Source: a virus (lineage: Duplodnaviria > Caudoviricetes). Taken from it: a stretch of DNA of 39,962 nt. Both the position numbers and the translations under genes were made by a program. Numbering within the stretch: position 1 is the stretch's first letter; every line of letters starts with the position of its first letter. Shown in pieces: positions 8,639 to 16,894 of this stretch. The notes beneath the pieces are model-generated. The model saw only the letters and a program-made list of their open reading frames with translations, was not told where the DNA came from and ran no database searches. Where the stretch lies: IMG/VR virus record IMGVR_UViG_3300017648_000008, positions 1 to 39,962 of that record, one strand, 5' to 3'.

Positions 8639-8696
8639 GCATATATGGGTGGGTTTTATATACTTTGTCCTTCACTAAGCATCACCTCCTTCCAGG

Positions 8697-11039
8697 TTAT
8701 CTCACATAATACCTTTTCAAAATTTCAAGATTCTTTTTATTGGTATCTTCTTCCACACAAATATCACCACGTGCCACCATATGAGCCAGTGCCTTTTCTA
8801 CTTCATCTTTCCCGTATTTTGATATATTTGATCTTGCTGCAATCCACGCAAATGTTTGCCCGGGCTTGTTTTTTACTGCCTTGTATATAGATGCCAGAAG
8901 CTTGTCCGCCTTCGAGAATGATTTATCCTCAATGGTGATTGCGCTTACCTTTTCTTCAGCATCGCGCATAGAAGCGGCCATTGCCCATTTTACATGCTCA
9001 ACAGTTATCAATCCATCTGGTATGCCAAGGATAAGAGCAATCTTAATCGCCTTCTCGCACACACGTCTGTAAAGACCAGAGAATGGCTCTAAGCCCATCT
9101 CAATCTTGCTCTGGTTATAATCAACAGTCCAATTGATACACCGTTCAATAAGTTCCTCTGCCTCTGGCTCTATATCAACCAACCGCAACGGCCCTCGACG
9201 CTCAATCCTATCAAACTCTTCACTGCTATCCACGCCAGATAGGGCAAGAATCTTCATTTTCATGCCATATGGCATATCTTCTTTGGTAAACCCTGGGTTT
9301 GGATAAGGGTTAATATCAGGCTCGACACACATAACCGTACGGCCAAGGAACCCGCTTTCCGCGTTATCAATGACCATCATGCGTGATAGCTGTGTAGGAG
9401 TGGTAAACCCAATCAAAGACAAGAATGGCTCAACAAGTCTATCGGCTGTCTTCAAGCGCTCTTTCAGGCTATCAACCATCTTTTGAGAATGCTCTTTATC
9501 CTCATTTTCCTCGACCTTCTGCGCGAAGTAAGCCAGCTTATCGCGCATCATCTTTTGCAGTTCGCGCTTGTCATCGCCGCCCACAATATGGAAAGATTCA
9601 GACTTGGTGTAAACGCTCATGAATGTTTCAATAACGCCCTCAAGGTGAGACGCGCCGGATCGAGAAGCGTTGCTAATCTTGGCAAGATGCGCTCCAACTT
9701 CATCAATGGTGTATATTGCCGCCTGATGATGTATTAGATTTTGATACATTTCACGTTCAGACTTAATCTTTCCGTGATTGGCCTCAGACATCCCAGCGAG
9801 GATTATGATCTTATTAACGGCCTCCAGCACAGCATCTTTGCCAGTACCAGAACCGGCCACACAGAATATGGCAAGATTCGCCCTTGTCCGGCTGGTGTCG
9901 TTCGCGGCGTAGTTAAGACCCGCAATGTTGCCAATAGCGTATAGAGAGGCCATTGCGGACAGGTTTAAGCGAGGATAACGGCACTGTTTGTTAATCCACC
10001 GTGTCACCTCCCCGCAGAAGCCGGGGGGCATTGTCAGGTCGATTGTTGAGATATCTACAGGGCAACCCTTGATAGGGTTTTTCACATCTTTAATATCTTC
10101 TTTGGTAACTCCCTGAGTGACAGGATTACCAGTGACGGCCTTCGCAAACCATCCTTGAAGCTCGACTTCCTCAAATGATACCTTCTCTGTCCATCCGCCA
10201 TCCTTCGCCATTTTAATCAATGTGCCAATGGTTACAGGATTTGATGACTTGCCGAATGAGTGCCAACGGGCGTCAATGGCTTCTGAATTGTATTTAGCGC
10301 TACGCTTGCTCCATTCATCCCACAGCGCTACACCGTTGCCGTGAGTGGCGTCATGGATAGCCATACCGATCTTTACCCAATCGGAATAATCATCGTAACA
10401 ATCAATATGCTCCAGCATATCTGCAATCACGCTGTCAGATATGTCTATCGTGCTGCCCTCATATTCAATCTTTCGCCTTTCCTCCCGCTTTAGAAACTCA
10501 ACAAGAGCGGCTGGCGCATGGTCTATGTCATCCACAGAACCAGACAGGACGTTATATTTGCGACCAGACTTATGAGGCGATCCAGGGCCTACAACGAAGC
10601 CGGTATGCTTGAAATCAATACCCTTATAGTCTTTATGCGTCTGGACCGTTTTAACGTCTGCTGGCAAGGAAAAATAAAGGTGTTTGGACCCACCACCAGA
10701 ACCTGTCTCAACGATAAGGCCAGCGGATGCAATATCAGGGAATTTCTCCAATAGTGCTGCATATGAAGCCAGGCCACCGTTCTTCGCGTCCACGTCAATT
10801 ACCAATAGATTGTTGCACAGAACGCCATATCCGCGCCCCATGCTGTCAACCATCATGGACATGTTTTCAATCTGGTCATCATCCCATTGCGGGGTATTCT
10901 GCCAGTTGGAAGCTACAGGATGCTTGCCTATTGCCGTACATTTTGGATTGCCGCAACCACAATAATTGCCATCAATGCTTTCCAGCATGAAAACACGATG
11001 ATTGTTCTCAGCAAAGGCTTGTATATGTGTGTTGGTCAT
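8697..11039 (-). CDS. Bifunctional primase/polymerase with PriCT-2 and P-loop helicase-like (DUF3987-type) domains
   Basis: CGCGNPKC..GKHP, VIDVD, TGSGG..HLYF, VVGPGS.H; WVKIGMAI..WDEWS; GSGTGKD, IDE. Confidence 0.9.
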   Translation of the reverse strand: MTNTHIQAFAENNHRVFMLESIDGNYCGCGNPKCTAIGKHPVASNWQNTPQWDDDQIENMSMMVDSMGRGYGVLCNNLLVIDVDAKNGGLASYAALLEKFPDIASAGLIVETGSGGGSKHLYFSLPADVKTVQTHKDYKGIDFKHTGFVVGPGSPHKSGRKYNVLSGSVDDIDHAPAALVEFLKREERRKIEYEGSTIDISDSVIADMLEHIDCYDDYSDWVKIGMAIHDATHGNGVALWDEWSKRSAKYNSEAIDARWHSFGKSSNPVTIGTLIKMAKDGGWTEKVSFEEVELQGWFAKAVTGNPVTQGVTKEDIKDVKNPIKGCPVDISTIDLTMPPGFCGEVTRWINKQCRYPRLNLSAMASLYAIGNIAGLNYAANDTSRTRANLAIFCVAGSGTGKDAVLEAVNKIIILAGMSEANHGKIKSEREMYQNLIHHQAAIYTIDEVGAHLAKISNASRSGASHLEGVIETFMSVYTKSESFHIVGGDDKRELQKMMRDKLAYFAQKVEENEDKEHSQKMVDSLKERLKTADRLVEPFLSLIGFTTPTQLSRMMVIDNAESGFLGRTVMCVEPDINPYPNPGFTKEDMPYGMKMKILALSGVDSSEEFDRIERRGPLRLVDIEPEAEELIERCINWTVDYNQSKIEMGLEPFSGLYRRVCEKAIKIALILGIPDGLITVEHVKWAMAASMRDAEEKVSAITIEDKSFSKADKLLASIYKAVKNKPGQTFAWIAARSNISKYGKDEVEKALAHMVARGDICVEEDTNKKNLEILKRYYVR

Positions 11040-11047
11040 GATAGATT
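11019..11047 (+). promoter_or_regulatory. Antisense promoter overlapping the primase start
   Basis: TTGTAT(11019)-N17-TAGATT(11042) with extended -10 TG. Confidence 0.55.
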
Positions 11048-11052
11048 ATCCA

Positions 11053-11134
11053 TGTTCTGGCGCTTTTGCCTTTCTTCGTCGGAACCCACAAGCCGCTCCG
11101 GGTGTCCTCCACCGCCTGTTGAGCGGCTTTTTTT
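11053..11134 (+). ncRNA. Putative OOP-like antisense RNA (~80 nt)
   Basis: Bounded by the promoter above and the terminator AAGCCGCTC(11090-98)/GAGCGGCTT(11121-29) with a T7 run. Confidence 0.55.
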
Positions 11135-11360
11135 ATGCAATACGCCAGCAGAAATACTCACCGTCTTGTTTGCGCACGGTAAACTTTTTGTTGTTTCGAA
11201 CAGCATAAGATGCTGCACAGCTTCTTACATTGCCCGGATTCTCTAATCCCAAACTAAAACAGTCTCCAATCTGCATATCCCTGAATGGGTATTTGGGTGG
11301 CTTACCTGGACCATATTGTTTTGATCCATCAAGTGGACGCCGACTTATTTCGAAACTCAT
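11133..11360 (-). CDS. Small putative DNA-binding protein
   Basis: KYPFRDMQIGDCF...KFTVRK...CWRIA, a phage pattern often seen upstream of primases; SD GGAG. Confidence 0.75.
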   Translation of the reverse strand: MSFEISRRPLDGSKQYGPGKPPKYPFRDMQIGDCFSLGLENPGNVRSCAASYAVRNNKKFTVRKQDGEYFCWRIA

Positions 11361-11390
11361 TTCAACGCTCCATTTTTGTCATACGAGCCT

Positions 11391-11418
11391 AGCATAGTAC
11401 GAATTAAAATGAAGTCAA
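11391..11418 (-). promoter_or_regulatory. Promoter of the replication operon
   Basis: TTGACT-N16-TATGCT on the - strand. Confidence 0.55.
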
Positions 11419-11465
11419 ATATTTTTCCATTTTGTGCAACCCGACACAATGTTTACAACCAACAG

Positions 11466-11796
11466 TTGATCCCAAAGATCCCTATAAATCCCATGCTTTT
11501 GGGATCAAGTAAGTTGTTGAAATTATTGAGGAATCTTCAATTATCCCTAAATCCCTAGAAATTCGGTATAAGAGTAATATAGAGACCCTAAATTGAGGAT
11601 AGGATAAAAAACTATTTATCTTTATATATCATATACTTAGCTATCTTGCTACATTTAATTGTAGCAATTATATGACTTATACCAACTGTTACCCACTCTC
11701 CCCTTATACAAAAAAGCCGGGATCAAGGGATATTCGGGATAATGCTTTAAATTCAATTACTTAGTCGATCCCAATTTCTGGGATCTTTGGGATCAA
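11466..11796. repeat. Large imperfect inverted repeat with AT-rich core; putative replication origin
   Basis: Perfect 17-bp inverted repeat at 11466-82 and 11780-96; nested ATCCC/GGGAT repeats; inner palindrome at 11646-67. Confidence 0.75.
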
Positions 11797-11835
11797 TGAT
11801 TTTGGGGCATTTTTCGTATCAGGTTGTATCTTTCT

Positions 11836-11876
11836 TACAATTATGTGTTGACACGATGCGAAAGGTGTGGGATGGT
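11836..11876 (+). promoter_or_regulatory. Rightward early promoter with 12-bp box
   Basis: TACAATTATGTG abuts TTGACA(11848); weak -10 GATGGT at N17. Confidence 0.65.
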
Positions 11877-11909
11877 GGGTTATCGAAACAACGAAGTGGA
11901 GAAAATTAA

Positions 11910-12107
11910 ATGATGACACCGAGAGTAAGCCAAGCTGATATTTTTGGATTGAGAAAAACAATCGATGGCCTGATGATGGACCTCGATATTGTTGAGGAAG
12001 GAATGGAAATGACAAAGAACGATATGTGGGTCTGCATCATGGCAGGCGTAATGTTAGCACTGGCATTTGCAGTGCCGTTTGTAATTCTGGCTGTGGGGGT
12101 GGTGTGA
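11910..12107 (+). CDS. Small protein with C-terminal TM helix
   Basis: SD GGAG; hydrophobic C-terminal ~27 aa. Confidence 0.7.
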   Translation: MMTPRVSQADIFGLRKTIDGLMMDLDIVEEGMEMTKNDMWVCIMAGVMLALAFAVPFVILAVGVV

Positions 12108-12427
12108 TGATCAACGCTAAAATTATCCTGGCATCTGCCGCCTTGTTCGCAGCCCCAGCATCCGCACAAGCCATAGAGCCGGTGGACGCACTAACTGGAA
12201 TTATCCGTATGGAAGTGGCAAGACAGTATTGTGGGTTGCCTTTACCGGAGGATGCATTGCGTGAATTGGTTGGTGTAGTAGCGCCCTATGTCAAGAAAAC
12301 GCCACAGGAGTTCACTGAGAGCGTTCGTCGTGCTGCTGGGGAGTTGGGCGCTAATTACGCTAGAAACGGCTCCTTGCCCGGTTTCTGTGCGAATGTGGGT
12401 AAAATTTATGGGATGTATGGGAAATGA
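12107..12427 (+). CDS. Exported protein with signal peptide
   Basis: MINAKIILASAALFAAPASAQA; two Cys; TGATG coupling supports start 12107. Confidence 0.75.
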   Translation: MINAKIILASAALFAAPASAQAIEPVDALTGIIRMEVARQYCGLPLPEDALRELVGVVAPYVKKTPQEFTESVRRAAGELGANYARNGSLPGFCANVGKIYGMYGK

Positions 12428-12495
12428 GTGATCAGACAATTGTTATTTTGGCAGTGTTTGCCATGTGGTGTTTTCTTGTTTGGAGGCTGACATGA
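12424..12495 (+). CDS. 23-aa hydrophobic micropeptide
   Basis: MSDQTIVILAVFAMWCFLVWRLT; ATGA overlaps at both ends. Confidence 0.65.
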   Translation: MSDQTIVILAVFAMWCFLVWRLT

Positions 12496-12656
12496 CATAC
12501 GATCCAAACGCGTCACGCAAAGGCGGGTCAAGGAAACATCTAGTGGAAGTTCTCATTCGTGAGGTTGAAGCGCATAAGCATGGGAAGCACTCGGCGGAGT
12601 GCATGGGGGAGCTTATCCTTGCTGTTAGGAAGTATCAGAAGGAAATGGGCAAATGA
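12492..12656 (+). CDS. Hypothetical protein (54 aa)
   Basis: SD GGAGG; MTYDPNASRKGG... Confidence 0.7.
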   Translation: MTYDPNASRKGGSRKHLVEVLIREVEAHKHGKHSAECMGELILAVRKYQKEMGK

Positions 12657-12817
12657 ACTGGTTCGTAGCTTATCCTTTGTGTGTAGCTTCTGCTGGGTTG
12701 ATTGTGTCTATTGTTAGTTCGTTCGAGGACGGCGCAACTCCAATGGTAGTATTCGGAATTGGAATATCTGTAATATTTTCCGTATTCGCTATGGCTGCTA
12801 TGGAGATGTTTAAATGA
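12653..12817 (+). CDS. Two-TM small membrane protein (54 aa)
   Basis: MNWFVAYPLCVASAGLIVSIVSSFEDGATPMVVFGIGISVIFSVFAMAAMEMFK; ATGA overlaps at both ends. Confidence 0.7.
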   Translation: MNWFVAYPLCVASAGLIVSIVSSFEDGATPMVVFGIGISVIFSVFAMAAMEMFK

Positions 12818-12885
12818 TAGCCTTCATCGTATATCTAATCGTTGCCACGATTGCAGCTCCGTTCGTTATGTGGTGCTTGAGATGA
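12814..12885 (+). CDS. 23-aa hydrophobic micropeptide
   Basis: MIAFIVYLIVATIAAPFVMWCLR; SD GGAG; ATGA overlaps at both ends. Confidence 0.65.
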   Translation: MIAFIVYLIVATIAAPFVMWCLR

Positions 12886-13559
12886 CATTTGTTTGGACGC
12901 AGGAAGTAATTGATCATGCTTCAAAGCTATGGAAAGATGGCAGGTCTGCAAGGGAGATTGCGGAAGAGATTGGTGTGACACGGAACTCAGTCCTTTCGAT
13001 CATGCATCGTTATCGTGAACTGTTCCCGAAACTTGGTATTACGTCACGGCAGGCTATCGAGCGTGGATTGATCGATAAGGCGGTTGCGCTTTGGAATGAA
13101 GGCGCATCAGTCAAGATTATTGCATTGGAGACAGGACTAACGCCTGGTCAGGTATCAGGTCTTACAAAACGAAAGCGCGAGTTATTCAAAAAAAGGGACC
13201 TTAAGAAAAGGGATTTGACACTTCACCGGGTTAATCGTTCGATGAAGGCGAAGAAATCTCCACGGAAAGACAAGGTTGATCGCTTGTCGAAATTCAATCC
13301 AAATGCCGGACCGAAAGAGGCAAAATATGAAGACCCGGCTCTGGATGAGTTCGAGATGTCTCGCTTGCCGGGGGTATCTTTGGTTGATAACGATGGATGC
13401 ATGTACCCGCTAACGGCAGAAGGCCCGCATTTATTCTGTGGACATTTGAGGTTTAAAGGGCGATACTGTGAACACCACACTTACAAGTGTGAAGGCTATA
13501 AAGGGATAAGCATTTCGTATAAAAAGGCGTATGATAGAAATATCATGGAGGTTGTATGA
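12882..13559 (+). CDS. gcrA: GcrA-family cell-cycle regulator homologue
   Basis: WT.E.......LW..G.SA.EIA...GVTRNSV N-terminus; C.YP......FCG......YCEHH C-terminus. Confidence 0.85.
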   Translation: MTFVWTQEVIDHASKLWKDGRSAREIAEEIGVTRNSVLSIMHRYRELFPKLGITSRQAIERGLIDKAVALWNEGASVKIIALETGLTPGQVSGLTKRKRELFKKRDLKKRDLTLHRVNRSMKAKKSPRKDKVDRLSKFNPNAGPKEAKYEDPALDEFEMSRLPGVSLVDNDGCMYPLTAEGPHLFCGHLRFKGRYCEHHTYKCEGYKGISISYKKAYDRNIMEVV

Positions 13560-13738
13560 GCAAGAAAGGCAAGAAAGCTTTACAGCAGATAGTGGACCAA
13601 TCAGTCTATGACTTTCAAGCAAGTCAGTCTATGTGGTTCTGTGAATGTGCAATCAACCTTATGATGTCAACAATGTCCGTAGCCGAAGTAACTAATTTTC
13701 TTCGGTGCCAGATCAAGATTTTAGAGGAATATGAATAG
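13556..13738 (+). CDS. Hypothetical protein
   Basis: 60 aa, SD GGAGG, ATGA-coupled. Confidence 0.7.
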   Translation: MSKKGKKALQQIVDQSVYDFQASQSMWFCECAINLMMSTMSVAEVTNFLRCQIKILEEYE

Positions 13739-13740
13739 TT

Positions 13741-13974
13741 ATGGATATTGAATTTCTTAAGGACAAGAGTTCGTTATACGGATACAAAGTTGAAGAAGGT
13801 GGGAGGTGTTGGATAATTAGCCCATTTGGGCCTGTTTCATTCGATGCAAGAGGTTTGTATCAGATTGTTAAATCTTATGATGAAAATGAAACAGGTATGA
13901 CTTTTCGCCAGTACTTAGCTTCGCTTATTATGACAAAAGAAGAAAACGATTCTTTTAATAAAAAGAAAGACTAA
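13741..13974 (+). CDS. Hypothetical protein
   Basis: 77 aa, tightly packed between neighbours. Confidence 0.65.
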   Translation: MDIEFLKDKSSLYGYKVEEGGRCWIISPFGPVSFDARGLYQIVKSYDENETGMTFRQYLASLIMTKEENDSFNKKKD

Positions 13975-13978
13975 CACC

Positions 13979-14380
13979 ATGGCTGGCGGGCGTCCAACCT
14001 TATACAGACCAGAATATTGTGAGACAGTCATTGAGCTTGGTAAACAAGGAGATTCCCTAGCGCAGATGGCTTCTCACTTTGGTGTTGCCCGTTCTACTAT
14101 TGACCAATGGGCAGTGGATTACCCTGAGTTTTCGGAAGCACTTAGTATAGCTAAGGCTCATTGTCAGGCTTGGTGGGAAAAAGCAGGTCGTGAAGGCATG
14201 TTCCTTGGAGGCGGCGGGTTTAATGCTGCCGTGTGGAAAAAGTCTATGGAAGCCCGTTTCCGTGAGGATTACACGGAGCGTCAAGAGGTACATCAGACTG
14301 GCACCATGGAACACAAACATTCCATCGGTGAAATGACAGACGAGGAGCTTGCTAAGATCATAAGTGGAGAAAGTAAATGA
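13979..14380 (+). CDS. terS: Terminase small subunit
   Basis: GRPT.Y..EYCE...HTH...W...YPEFSEA pattern, upstream of TerL. Confidence 0.8.
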   Translation: MAGGRPTLYRPEYCETVIELGKQGDSLAQMASHFGVARSTIDQWAVDYPEFSEALSIAKAHCQAWWEKAGREGMFLGGGGFNAAVWKKSMEARFREDYTERQEVHQTGTMEHKHSIGEMTDEELAKIISGESK

Positions 14381-14754
14381 GAAAAGTGTTTACAGATGAC
14401 TTCATCAAAGAACTTGAGGTTGATGTAAAAAGAAAAAAGAAATCGGCTGATATTTACGAATCACTTGATAAAGGGCCATCTTTATTGACTGATTTTAGGA
14501 TTGCCATGCTAGTATTTGGCAATCCTTTTAAATTTCGTAGGTTCACATCAAGCATCTCTAGCGCAGTAAAACTGGTTAAGCATCTACACAATGATGCTAG
14601 CATCGACATTAGACATATTTTTGGTGTTGATGATGGAGTCATTGACTCGTATGTGAGTATTTCAACTAAAAGACAAGGGCAATTTAATGAACACGGAGTT
14701 AACCCTTCTGTCTGTCTTATGAAGTGTTTGCTCAGGTCCTCATTTAAATATTAA
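14377..14754 (+). CDS. Hypothetical protein (AT-rich insert)
   Basis: 125 aa, ATGA-coupled to terS. Confidence 0.7.
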   Translation: MRKVFTDDFIKELEVDVKRKKKSADIYESLDKGPSLLTDFRIAMLVFGNPFKFRRFTSSISSAVKLVKHLHNDASIDIRHIFGVDDGVIDSYVSISTKRQGQFNEHGVNPSVCLMKCLLRSSFKY

Positions 14755-14766
14755 TTGCAAATGACA

Positions 14767-14780
14767 CCCCCCCCCCCCCC
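14767..14780. repeat. Poly-C homopolymer (C14)
   Basis: Directly visible; intergenic. Confidence 0.95.
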
Positions 14781-14816
14781 AACAATCCTGCGAAGGTTAT
14801 TGCGGGTAAATAATTT

Positions 14817-14857
14817 TACAATTGCGTGTTGACATTCATTCCTTGTCGTGCGATAAC
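14817..14857 (+). promoter_or_regulatory. Internal promoter with 12-bp box
   Basis: TACAATTGCGTG abuts TTGACA(14829)-N17-GATAAC, with extended -10 TG. Confidence 0.65.
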
Positions 14858-14886
14858 AAAATCACGGAAAACGAAAGGGAAAAGAA

Positions 14887-15093
14887 ATGACAAAGGCAAT
14901 CAAGAATTTCGCAGAAGTTTATGCCGCTTACCTAAACACAATCACAATCGGCGGTGACAAGGAAGTTGCCCTGGCATACGCAGTCAAAGACATGATGAAT
15001 CAGGTCAAGGGCATGACAAACAAAGATGCCATCGCTGTCATCAATGACGAAGCAGCTTACCTTTCCGAAAAGATGGCAAAGAGGGCCGCATAA
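14887..15093 (+). CDS. Hypothetical protein
   Basis: 68 aa, SD AAGGGA. Confidence 0.75.
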   Translation: MTKAIKNFAEVYAAYLNTITIGGDKEVALAYAVKDMMNQVKGMTNKDAIAVINDEAAYLSEKMAKRAA

Positions 15094-15347
15094 TGGCCCA
15101 ACACGAAGCCTGTGAGGCAAATGAAATATGGGTGGGGAATACTCCCACTCACGGGCTGCACTATCAATCATTAAAGTCCATGGGGCTTAAGACGTTGCGG
15201 CTAGGAAAGGTGGCTTTCGACATCGACGGAAAGCCATTGGCAGAGTCTGAAGGTTATTCACCGGTTTTCATAAACCGGAGTGAGGCTGACCGTTACAACG
15301 AAATAATGATGGAGAAAACCTTTGGGCCAAATTGGAGGAGAGGTTGA
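15093..15347 (+). CDS. Hypothetical protein
   Basis: 84 aa, TAATG coupling. Confidence 0.7.
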   Translation: MAQHEACEANEIWVGNTPTHGLHYQSLKSMGLKTLRLGKVAFDIDGKPLAESEGYSPVFINRSEADRYNEIMMEKTFGPNWRRG

Positions 15348-16894
15348 CCATAACCAAAGCCCAAGCAGCTCAAGAGCTTCTCAACCGGCGTAAAGCCCGG
15401 CGCTCTCTGGTCGATTATGCCCGGTACATAGAAGTTCCGGGTGCTCCTGTTGAAGAACAGGACGAGGATAGCGACGAAGCAGAATATTTTGCTGAGACGC
15501 AGCTAGCTAAACATCACATATTGATACTTGAAGCCGCTCAAAGGTGCATTGAAAAGCCTTACGGACGGCTTATGCTTTTTATGCCACCAGGCAGCGCGAA
15601 GAGTTCATATGGCAGCGTTGTCGTGCCTTCATGGGCTATGGGACAGAAGCCAGGATTTAAAGTCATCGGCGTGTCTTATGGCTCAGACATGGCTAAGAAG
15701 TTCGGTCGCCGTACACGCTCAATCATCAAGCAATCAAAATACCGTGCACTTTTTTCAACATCATTGAGTGGGGATCAAGCCGCTGCCGACGAATGGGCGC
15801 TGGAGAACGGCTCTGAATATATGTCTGGTGGTATTCTGTCTGGGATCACTGGCAATCGTGCTGACCTTGTGGTTATCGATGATCCAATCAAGGGCAGGCA
15901 AGATGCCGATTCTGAGGTTATCCGTCAACGAACATGGGATGAATATCAGGAGTCGGTTCTAACCCGCTTAAAGCCTGGTGGGTCTATTATCATAATTCAA
16001 ACACGCTGGCATGAAGACGACCTATCAGGCCGTATCCTTCCAGATAACTACGCTGGTGAATCCGGTATGATTATGGGCAAGGACGGCTTTGAATGGGAAG
16101 TCATCTGCCTTGCTGCCGAATGTGAACGTGCTGATGACCCGCTTGGGCGCGAGATAGGCCAAATGCTGTGGGAGGAATGGTTTGACGAAAAGCATTGGCA
16201 GGTGCATCGAAAGAACCCGCGTACATGGTCTGCATTGTTCCAACAGCGTCCCGCACCTGATAGCGGTGATTACTTCAAGAAAGAATGGATCAAGCTTGTA
16301 TCAGCCTCACAAGTCCCGCCTCTTAACACCATGTCGATATATGGTGCGTCTGACTATGCGGTAACGAACAATGGCGGGGATTATACCGTTCATGTTGTCG
16401 TTGGTGTTGATAGCGAAGGTCGTGTATGGCTCTTGGATATATGGCGGCAACAGGCTTCATCCGATCGTTGGGTTGATTCTTTCTGTGACTTAGTGCGCAA
16501 GTGGAAGCCTATTGGCTGGGCAGAAGAAACAGGGCAGATCAAATCAGGCGTTGGGCCTTTTCTTGTGAAGCGTATGATTGAAACCGGCTCTTATGTTGCA
16601 AGAGAGCAGTTCCCAACGCGTGGTGGTGACAAGTCTGTACGCGCCCAGTCTATCCGTGGGCGAATTGCTTTGTCTGGGCTGTATGTACGTGATGATCTGC
16701 CGGGCTTGGACGCTCTTATGTCTGAAATGATGAGTTTCCCTGTTGGGGTCCATGACGATCAGGTTGATGCGTTGGGCTTGGTTGGGCAGCTTATGGACCG
16801 TATGACGCCAGGTAAGCCGCAGAAGAAGCCTGATCGTATGGATTATAGCGCTGTTTATGCATCTCCTTTGCCGGGGCAGCGTAAAAGGGGTTGA
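15344..16894 (+). CDS. terL: Terminase large subunit
   Basis: MPPGSAKS (Walker A), VVIDD (Walker B), QTRWHEDD, nuclease SD..HDDQVDAL. TTG start at 15344 with SD GGAGGAG and TTGA overlap. Confidence 0.95.
   Translation: MTITKAQAAQELLNRRKARRSLVDYARYIEVPGAPVEEQDEDSDEAEYFAETQLAKHHILILEAAQRCIEKPYGRLMLFMPPGSAKSSYGSVVVPSWAMGQKPGFKVIGVSYGSDMAKKFGRRTRSIIKQSKYRALFSTSLSGDQAAADEWALENGSEYMSGGILSGITGNRADLVVIDDPIKGRQDADSEVIRQRTWDEYQESVLTRLKPGGSIIIIQTRWHEDDLSGRILPDNYAGESGMIMGKDGFEWEVICLAAECERADDPLGREIGQMLWEEWFDEKHWQVHRKNPRTWSALFQQRPAPDSGDYFKKEWIKLVSASQVPPLNTMSIYGASDYAVTNNGGDYTVHVVVGVDSEGRVWLLDIWRQQASSDRWVDSFCDLVRKWKPIGWAEETGQIKSGVGPFLVKRMIETGSYVAREQFPTRGGDKSVRAQSIRGRIALSGLYVRDDLPGLDALMSEMMSFPVGVHDDQVDALGLVGQLMDRMTPGKPQKKPDRMDYSAVYASPLPGQRKRG

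Noticed and set aside
11036-11218. 60-aa ORF upstream of the primase
   Set aside because: It overlaps 11133-11360 out of frame and runs through the hairpin; no SD.
11466-11796. CRISPR array or MITE/IS ends
   Set aside because: The repeats are inverted and nested with no repeat-spacer period. No transposase, cas gene or evident target duplication.
11376-12015. ORFs 11376-11558 (+) and 11761-12015 (-), both containing LIPKIP
   Set aside because: The shared peptide is just a translation of the 17-bp inverted repeat arms.
14761-14887. Poly-C frameshift switching on a longer gene
   Set aside because: All three frames after the tract stop before 14835.
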